From: Ylistrum balloti
Taxonomy: Eukaryota
Reading direction: 5' to 3'
Length of the DNA stretch: 64,000 nucleotides
NCBI RefSeq assembly: GCF_031769215.1
Contig: NW_026782586.1
Location: 62,001-126,000, forward strand
Every line of letters begins with the position of its first letter. The first letter of the stretch is position 1. A program made the translations under genes and the position numbers. The notes under the pieces were generated by a model. The model did not search any database and was not told the DNA's origin. It saw only the letters and a program-made list of their open reading frames with translations. Shown here piece after piece: positions 52,386-61,176 of the stretch.

Positions 52386-54669
52386 ATGGCGTCGGTTTTG
52401 ACTTGCTGTTCAAAAAGGAAGCCCGAAATCAAAGGTAAAGACGGGATCTCGGTGAGTTCTTACTCGTAAGTAGTCTAATAAGTGTAAAAACGAGTATTTA
52501 ATAATGGTTGTGATTGAATGGAATGACATAATGTACCAATAGACAATCGAAAGGCAGACAGTGCTGCATTGCACCGGTGTTACCGGTAAAATATACCAAC
52601 TATCTTAGTGCAAGTTGAGCCGCGGGAACTCCTTCGTTCGGGAAAAAATGTATTTGGGTTAAATCAAATTAAGTCCATTTCAATGCATGTGCTGTGATAT
52701 AACATATGGGTTATTCAATAAGTATTGTGATTTAGGTGTTTATGTGCAAAATAGAAAGCATTTTGTGTGTGTGAAACTAATGGGAGGGGGGGGGTTCTGA
52801 ACTAGTACTGTACTGTACTAGTACTGTAGCATGAAATATAGGCCAAATGTACATGTAGATTGAAAATAGTAAGGTATTTACTGTATACTGTACATGTATA
52901 TATGCTTATACATCTCAAGCTAAAAATAGTTTTCTAATGCATTCACACTCTTCCACCCAAAGGTTCCAAGTACATCTAAAGCGTAAATGTAAAATTTCAT
53001 TTGTATATTGTAAAATCAATATTTTTTGCAGAGATTTGAACTTTGTTGAATTGCCAAAGGCAAGAAAGAGCAGTTTGAAATCAAAAGAGTGGAAAGCAGG
53101 ATTGTATCCGGTGGAAATCCTGTCCAGTCCAGAAGATGGTTATGTCAAAGTTCATTTTACAGGTATGTTGTATGTATAATGTAGTAAATACTATTGATAA
53201 TTATTGCTTTCAGCATTTTGTTGACTTTTTTATTATTTATTTTTAACTGTATACATATAATATATGCATGCATAAACTTTCATCATTAGGTGTGTAACAT
53301 TTAACACAGGCTGTTGAACAGTAACAGTTATGTTCTATAACTTAAAAACAAATTACCAATGTTATACCATTAATTAAGAATCTTCAGGATTTTTTTAAAC
53401 TCAAGTCTCCTTATATATATGCATAAATATGTGATCATTAACACTTTCGATACATGATTAATATTATATCATTGTATATAGAAAAATCTGTATAATCAAA
53501 TGTAATCTTTCAATTCCTCTAAAGAAAATCTTATGTCAGCCTTGTAAATACTAGCTGTTTCCTACCAACTCAGCTAGGGAGATCTTGTTATCTCATTCAG
53601 TAAAGTGTAACACTAGTTAGCGAGAGCAGGGACATATAATACGTATACTCTGTTATATACGTCCCTGGTGAGAGGTCATGAGTTCGACTCCTAGTGACGC
53701 ATTAAGAAAATTAATAATCTCTGTTACTCTTATGATAGTTTCGTCTGCTTTTTCTTCTTCTTCTTCATCTTAAAAAAATTATCAGGTATCAATGGATCAA
53801 TCATAGTAATACATTTTTGTTTGAAAACATTAATTTTAAAAACTACCTGGAGTAATACCTCCCTTGACAAAATAACACTATGGGATCATATTACATGTAA
53901 TGAAATGAAATACAAAACATTTTTCGAACAAAATGTTACAAATGTACCTTCTCATTTAACTCCCTGCCAGAAATTGAACGGATATTGGGGAGAGGAAGGA
54001 AGGGGGGGGGGGGAAGAAATTGTTTGAAGTCACTTCAAGCTAATAATTCAATGTACCGGTAAATGGTTTTTGCACACTAGATCAACAGGTGTATTTGATA
54101 AAATGCATCATTGAAATTTGTCATAGTTTATTTATGATGTAAAATCTTTATTGATAGGATGGAGTGCAAAGTATGACACTATCATCAAAGAGGCAGAACT
54201 TGAGACTAATGAATGTGAGGGGACACAGTCAATTGTGAATGTGGGTTCAATGATCAAGGACAGTCTGACAACAGGTTCAAGACTGGACAGCATTGTAAGG
54301 CTAAAAACTCCTATGGATGAAAGGGATTTTTCTTGTCTTCAAGAAAAGCTACACATGTTTAAAAAAACAGAAACAAAAACTGTGTACAGCTTAAGGTCAC
54401 GCTTCGACTTGAACTCTATTTTTGGGAAACATTGGGATTTTAGGATACTTAATAAGGAAGGAGATTGTGTTTATATTAAAACAGCAACAGTTAAGATTTA
54501 TCATAAATCTCTAAGAGAATCCAAAGAATTTGTTGTCCAAAAGACTGGTGGTCAGCTCAGGATTGAAGAATCATTTCGGCCAAGGGGCAAACAAGTCATA
54601 GTCAGTTTTGTGAAGTGCACTGGCAACTACAGAATGTTACCAAATTTGATGGATGACCCTCTCTTGTAA
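52386..54669 (+). CDS. Three-exon, 240-aa protein with a chromo-barrel/Tudor-knot-like motif (putative transposase partner)
   Basis: Exons 52386-52465 (CTC|GTAAGT), 53032-53162 (TTTTGCAG; ACAG|GTATGT) and 54158-54669 splice in frame (723 nt). The exon 2/3 junction rebuilds LYPVEI...GYVKVHFTGWSAKYD. Exon 1 is the least certain. Confidence 0.7.
53590..53700 (+). mobile_element. tRNA-derived SINE-like relic interrupted by a 41-bp mini-MITE (53627-53667)
   Basis: B-box-like GAGTTCGACTCC; insert CAGGGAC...GTCCCTG flanked by GCGAGAG/GTGAGAG. Confidence 0.45.
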
Positions 54670-54691
54670 TGCCAAAGTTAACATTTAAAAA

Positions 54692-56776
54692 ATGATCATC
54701 ATTTCTAGAGAAGAACTTTTTAATATACTATTGAAAAACTATTGGAATAAACCATTAAATATACCAACTGTTAAAGAAATATCAACAGCTATTGAAAGCA
54801 TCTGTACATTGAAATTTCTCCCAGATGAACATAGTTTGAAATGTTTACGTGCTGAACTTTTTAGGCTTAAACAAAATGGTTTACAAGCAAAAGTGAAGGG
54901 TGGGTCACAATTTAGAAAGTTTAAAGAACAATTAAAACATTCCAAATATAGTTGGGACGTCAAAGTTGATAGAGAAGAAACTCAGTTTTTAGTTGATAAA
55001 ATAAAGGCTGATACTGAAAAAGATCTAAGGGATAAAGAAAAAGAAAACAAAGAGTTGAGGGAAAAGTTATGTAATTTAAGTGCAGTAATTGGTACTCCTG
55101 AAGTGAAACCTATAAAGCGGAAAGCATTTGCTGATTGCACACCTAGTTGGCAGTCCAAAATTAGGAAAAAAAATGAAGAACATTGTAAAAAAGCACTGTC
55201 ATTTTTAAAAGATTCAGATGCTGTGCCTGTATCTGTCACAGTGGTCAGGAATGGAAAAGAGGAGGTGCTTAGATTGTATGAAACTGGTGAAAATAAGGAA
55301 AACCAGTCACTGGAGGCAAGTGAAACTTTAGATGATTTGAATGCTCTGATTTACATTTTAGATACATTTAACATCAGTAAAGATGCATATCATGAGTTGA
55401 GTATGGCATTTAAAACCCTCCCAAGAATTAACGCTGTTAATAAAGTTCTTTCAGATTTAAATTCAAAATTTGATATCATCCAAACTCCAGATGGACTTGG
55501 TGTTCAGCAGAGTTTGAAAAAACATTTACATGACGTACTTTCACATAAGATTAAAACTGACAAGAACTTTGCCCCTGCAGGTGAGGTAAAAATTAAAATA
55601 TCAGGGGATGGTACAAATATAGGGAAAAGGATTCATGTTGTTAATGTTACTTTTACTATTGTAAATGAAGAAAGGAGTGATCTAGTATTGGGTTTATCAG
55701 ATTTGGTTAAGGAAGTTGAGGAACTAGATGGCAATAGTCTAAAAGTACAACATAGAAGTTTTGATATTGAAATAGTTTTAGGCGGGGATTATAAATTTCT
55801 TCTGCTTGCTACTGGAATATCTTTAGTAGCTTGTCAGCATTTTTGCATTTACTGCACATGTAACAAGGCTGAAAAACTAGACCTCAGTAGAAATTGGTCT
55901 ATGGTTGATCCATCCAAAGGAGCTAGACTTGAGTATAAGTGTGAGGAATTGGTACAATCTTCATCACTAAAGAGAAAGAAGGTCAACAAGGGTTTTTTTT
56001 CTGTGAAGAATAAGCCACTTTTTCCAAGCATTACTCCAAATCGTGTTGTTATAGACCATTTGCATATGTATTTGAGAATATCTGACAAATTGTTCAATCT
56101 TCTCCTTTCTGACTTAAGATGCTTAGATAACATAAATGAGAACTCCACATTTACAAGTGTGTACGAGAAGAAAGACAAACTGAAGCATGTTTTGAAATTA
56201 GAAAATGTGCTACAGCAACTTGGAATACATTTTGAGATAGGTGTAAATCAAGAAACAAAGAAATTGGACTACAGAGACCTTACAGGTCCAGAGAAGCGTG
56301 TTTTGTTTGACCATTTTCATGCATCAGATTTGTTTGAGGATAAGGACAGAGCAGCAGAGATTCAGGAATTATGGGATGGCTTTAAAGACATAAATGAGTT
56401 AATAAAATCTGAAAATCCAGACCCTGATGAGATTGAAGCGAAGGCAAAAAGCTGGTGTGCTCTTTATATACAGGTGTATCAAACAAGAGATATTACCCCA
56501 TACATACACTTGTTGAGATATCATGTGGGAGAGATCATTAGAACTCATGGAACCATGGTAAGATTTAGCCAACAAGGACTAGAAAAACTCAATGATAATA
56601 TAACAAAGCAGTTTTTTAGGGGATCATGTCATAGAGGATTACCTGCATTGAAGCAAGTATTAGAGAAACAAAATCGGCTCTTATTTCTCGAGGGAAAAGG
56701 GAAAAGAACAAAAGAAAGTAGGAAATGTTCAAACTGTCATGGTGCAGACCATAACTCAAAGTCATGTGCCAAGTAG
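54692..56776 (+). CDS. RAG1/Transib/CMC-fold DDE transposase, 694 aa, uninterrupted ORF
   Basis: Ordered motifs KISGDG (D1), GGDYK (D2), CIYC, IDHLH, TPYIHLLRYH (H-x4-H), FSQQGLEKLN (E); NBD-like KRKAFADCTPSWQSKIRK; C-terminal CCHC knuckle CSNCHGADHNSKSC. Confidence 0.82.
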   Translation: MIIISREELFNILLKNYWNKPLNIPTVKEISTAIESICTLKFLPDEHSLKCLRAELFRLKQNGLQAKVKGGSQFRKFKEQLKHSKYSWDVKVDREETQFLVDKIKADTEKDLRDKEKENKELREKLCNLSAVIGTPEVKPIKRKAFADCTPSWQSKIRKKNEEHCKKALSFLKDSDAVPVSVTVVRNGKEEVLRLYETGENKENQSLEASETLDDLNALIYILDTFNISKDAYHELSMAFKTLPRINAVNKVLSDLNSKFDIIQTPDGLGVQQSLKKHLHDVLSHKIKTDKNFAPAGEVKIKISGDGTNIGKRIHVVNVTFTIVNEERSDLVLGLSDLVKEVEELDGNSLKVQHRSFDIEIVLGGDYKFLLLATGISLVACQHFCIYCTCNKAEKLDLSRNWSMVDPSKGARLEYKCEELVQSSSLKRKKVNKGFFSVKNKPLFPSITPNRVVIDHLHMYLRISDKLFNLLLSDLRCLDNINENSTFTSVYEKKDKLKHVLKLENVLQQLGIHFEIGVNQETKKLDYRDLTGPEKRVLFDHFHASDLFEDKDRAAEIQELWDGFKDINELIKSENPDPDEIEAKAKSWCALYIQVYQTRDITPYIHLLRYHVGEIIRTHGTMVRFSQQGLEKLNDNITKQFFRGSCHRGLPALKQVLEKQNRLLFLEGKGKRTKESRKCSNCHGADHNSKSCAK

Positions 56777-58633
56777 TTTTCTGTGTGTATCTATTAAAAA
56801 TGCAGCATGCTTTCTCAAGTAAAATCCAATCTATATTGTATTGAGGTTGTGTAACTGCCAGTTATTTGTTGATGTAAAAATGATATACCTGCAGATATAA
56901 AAAAAAGGCATTCAATTAATATGAAAGTGAAATATATGACTGCATTAAATACATGTACTGAAATGAAGTTTTTGTTGAAGTTTAACATGCAAATGCATGC
57001 ATAGATTTGTTTATCTCACTTGGATCTTGGTTTATACATGTATGTAATTTTATAATTGCTTTAAACATGTAATCACCTTTTTCTGTTATATTTTATTCCT
57101 ATTTTTCATTTATTATTATTATTGTTTTTGTTATCAGTGCAAAGCAGCACGTTATTTTTTCAAATAAATTTTGATTGCAAAAATTAATGGTTTAATGGTC
57201 TTTTATCACGTCTTTGTACTTAAGCTGAGAAGTATAAATTTCAGGCGCAGTGCAGAATACTCAGGTAGAAAATTGCGTCAACACCGTTTCGAAAAATAGC
57301 CGGGAAATCCTTTAAAAACGGCGGAAATCCTGTCTTTTTATATCCGATTTTTCATTGGTCAAGGGCGTCAAGGTCTCAATGACGTTATCCTATTTGTAAT
57401 AGACGATTGGTTCCGAAGATCAACATGTTTTTTATAGAATAAGCAGGACGGTGTGGTATTTCCTATTGATAAGTTGGGTACCCTAGTACCTTACATTGCT
57501 GTCAGTACGGACGATTTTCGTTATATTGCAAGAAGATTACGTAATTAAACAATGACCAAATATTCAAAGAAAAACATCCAGTTTGTAATAGAGATTCTGA
57601 GAAGTGGCCTTGAAAATAAAAACAATTTCTCCGAAAAATCGAGGTCGATAACTTGCAATATCGACAGGAAGAGCTCCAATTTCAAGGGAGATAATTTCCG
57701 ACTACAACTATATATTGATATGCCAAGTCCATAAAATGTCAAACATTTGTAGTTATCGGGGCCAGTGACTACACATACAAGTAAATAGTTTTATTTTCAT
57801 AGGAAAACATATGAGTGACTGCTTGTCTGGTGCAGTATGTAGAATTCAGCTAGGAATTCTATATCGGGTGATTGCCTTTCGGTATATGAACTTGTTTCAT
57901 GCCAATTTTCTCTGTTTTTAGATGAATACAGTGTTTCAACCCATTGGGGGTGAGATATGGTATTTCCACCCGAAGAGAAGATAATAGAGTCGGCAAAACC
58001 GGAACAACCGAGGGTTTATAACTTTAAAATATTTCCCGAGAACTGAGACCAACCTACTTCACCTAAAATGGGATGAATGGTTATGTTCTGCTCGCCCTTG
58101 TCTACGTGTCGTTACTCAAAATATATGTATAAAAAAAAAAACCAAACCCAATCGACTTTAATACGATAATAGTAAAATTTAAAACTCCGTACAGACACTG
58201 TATTACTACAGTAATTTATAGACTCTTTTTAAATGGAGGTTATTTTAATCGTGTCACTTGCTAACTCTACAGTCAAGCACGATGGCCAATATAAAACTAT
58301 TGGTTGTGATTGTTCAATGATCTCAGCATTGCCACATTTTATTTATATGTATCTTAATCAGAAGTCTAAATAATATGTTCTATAATTTCTGTTTCACATT
58401 CAATTTTAGAAAGAATATGGTATCATTGAACATCAATAAATTTTGCATTCAAAATTGTGGAATAAATAAAATGTTTATTTTTCTTTTTGCATATCAATAT
58501 GCAGTTACCCTGTAGATTTTAGATTACTAGAGGAAACTTGTTATCACACCCTTTTCTGGTATTCAATATCACACGTTCCTGGACACCCATCCTCTCTCTC
58601 TCTTTCTTTTGAAACAACATCAAATATCACGTT

Positions 58634-59269
58634 TCCGCACCAACTCCCCACTCCCTACAATTCTGTCTTCGCACCACCCCCACTCCCTACAATTCTGTCT
58701 CCGCACCACCTACCCACTCCCTACAATTCTATCTCCGCACCACCTCCCTACAATTCCGTCTCCACACAACCTCACCAAAATTCTTTCTCCGTACCACCTC
58801 ACCACAATTCTCTCTCCCCCCCCCCCCAACCCTACAATTCTGTCTCCGCACTACCTCACCACAATTCTGTCTCCGCACCACCTCCTCACTCCCTACAATT
58901 CTGTCTCCGCACCACCTCACCACAATTCCCCCCCCCCCCCCCAACCCTACAATTCTGTCTTCGCACTACCTCACCACAATTCTGTCTCCGCACCACCTCA
59001 ACACTCCCTACAATTCTGTCCCCGCACTACCTCACCACAATTCTGTCTCCGCACCACCTCCCCACTCCCTACAATTCTGTCTCCGCACCACCTCGACACT
59101 CCCTACAATTCTGTCTCCGCACCACCTCCCCACTCCCTATAATTCTGTCTCCGCACCACCTCACCACAATTCTGTCTCCGCACCACCTCCCCACTCCCTA
59201 TAATTCTGTCTCCGCACCACCTCACCACAATTCTGTCTCCGCACCACCTCCCCACTCCCTACAATTCTG
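58634..59269. repeat. Composite 34/27-bp C-rich minisatellite
   Basis: Core CAATTCTGTCTCCGCACCACCTC followed by CCCACTCCCTA or ACCA; two poly-C interruptions. Confidence 0.93.
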
Positions 59270-60346
59270 AATACAAACCGACAGGTGTATAGAACGTCAC
59301 AATGTATCAGACTTTTTAAAATATTTTTTTTTTGGTTAATTTTCCCGCCAAAACTAACTTCTGTTTGAAAACATGCGGATTGTAGCTGTACAATGCATGG
59401 ATTACACGGAATTGTAACGAAGGGTTGGGTTTTCCAATGATTTTATAGAAAATATGTATTTTCGTTTGACGATACTCTTTTTACGAACACAATAGATATA
59501 GATAAAATATCTATGTGTATACTAAGGGTGTGTAACATCAACACACACATGCCTTAAACAATTGATGTCATGTACATATATTATTGTCGCATGTTTTGGC
59601 CTTCGATATTCTGTTTGTCGTGATTATTGATACTGGTTATCCCCCCTTGGGGTAGAAATTGATTATTGATTTACGTAATAATTGACACATGAAAAAGCAT
59701 GCGTGTTTTAAACATAAGGATTAAAAACTGTATTTATCATATATATGTTATATATTCTGTCATCGAGAGTCGAAGAAAAACTGATCTACTGATCTTATGT
59801 CTCACATAATAAAAAGACTTGTGGCACAATTCTTTCCCCTATCCAAATAACAGCATCCCTTGATGACATGAGCGATGCTTTCGAATCCACCTTTTATCCA
59901 CTTTTACACCAATATGTCTTTCCAAATTCTTTATACCGTGATTATCACGTCCGCGACTTCTTATACCGAATCTAAGCATCCGTGATTTTTTTGGAATCTT
60001 TTTTTTATACTGAGATTTCACGTACGCGATATTTTGAGTCCAAGACGTCTACACTGAAATTTTACGTCCACGATTTTTCATCTATATTTTGGAATCGCAA
60101 TTTTTTTTACTGATATTTCGTATTCACGATTTCTGCTAAATTCGAATGTGCCAAAGCATTGAAATAGCAACTGAATTCTTGAGGTATAAAAAACTTAAGA
60201 GTGACGACAATGCTCTCTTTTCCCGTTTTAGAACTTATCATCGCACGTAAGCAAAGCCTGAAATAAAATGGTATATATTTTCTAACGCATGTTTTATTGA
60301 TATGTATTTATTGATAGATAAAACTGAAGATGACGTTGAAGGATTC

Positions 60347-61024
60347 CAGCACCATTCTTTCTACTACCATCCTGTCTCCCCCTTTCACCTTTTCCCTTGC
60401 CGCTTTCACAGCACCATTCTTCCTACTTCCATCCCGTCTCCCCCTTTCACCTTTTCCCTTGCCGTTTTCATAGTACCATTCTTCCTACTACCATCCTGTC
60501 TCCCCCTTTCACCTTTTCCCTTGCCGCTTTCACAGCACCATTCTTCCTACTACCATCCTGTCTCCCCCTTTCACCTTTTCCCTTGCGGCTTTCACAGTAC
60601 CATTCTTCCTACTACCATCCTGTCTCCCCCTTTCACCTTTTCCCTTGCCCGCTTTCATAGTACCATTCTTCCTACTACCATCCTGTCTCCCCCTTTCACC
60701 TTTTCCCTTGCGGCTTTCATAGTACCATTCTTCCCATTACCATCCTGTCTCCCCCTTTCACCTTTTCCATTGCCCGCTTTCATAGTACCATTCTTCCTAC
60801 TACCATCCTGTCTCCCCCTTTCACCTTTTCCCTTGCCCGCTTTCATAGTACCATTCTTCCTACTACCATCCTGTCTCCCCCTTTCACCTTTTCCCTTGCC
60901 GTTTTCATAGTACCATTCTTCCTACTACCATCCTGTCTCCCCCTTTCACCTTTTCCCTTGCCGCTTTCATAGTACCATTCTTCCTATTACCATCCTGTCT
61001 CCCCTTTCACGTGCCCGCTTTCAT
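60347..61024. repeat. 62/63-bp pyrimidine-rich minisatellite, 11 copies
   Basis: Unit CTTCCTACTACCATCCTGTCTCCCCCTTTCACCTTTTCCCTTGCCGCTTTCATAGTACCATT. Confidence 0.95.
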
Positions 61025-61176
61025 ATTTTTATTTGTTTTACATCAGATGACATCACGACAGCTGTACTATTGTCGAGACATTTGATAATCCCTACTTTAC
61101 TTGATATGGATGTGAAGTGGTTTTTACTGCAGAATTTATCAGTTGATGGTGGTTATATTGCATACCTCTACATCAG

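Noticed and set aside
52163-57454. Inverted 10-mer ACACCGTCCT (52163-52172 / 57445-57454) as CAC-type TIRs of the RAG1-like module
   Set aside because: It brackets both genes and contains CAC, but the match does not extend, no TSD flanks it, and a 10-mer is expected by chance over these flanks. Worth re-testing with multi-copy alignment.
57545-57742. Short ORFs downstream of the transposase as a RAG2-like convergent partner
   Set aside because: Only 60-65 aa, with no kelch or PHD signature and no supporting exon structure seen.
58609-59142. 177-aa Pro/His-rich ORF
   Set aside because: Translation of the minisatellite.
60302-60910. 202-aa Pro/Phe-rich ORF
   Set aside because: Translation of the 62-bp minisatellite.
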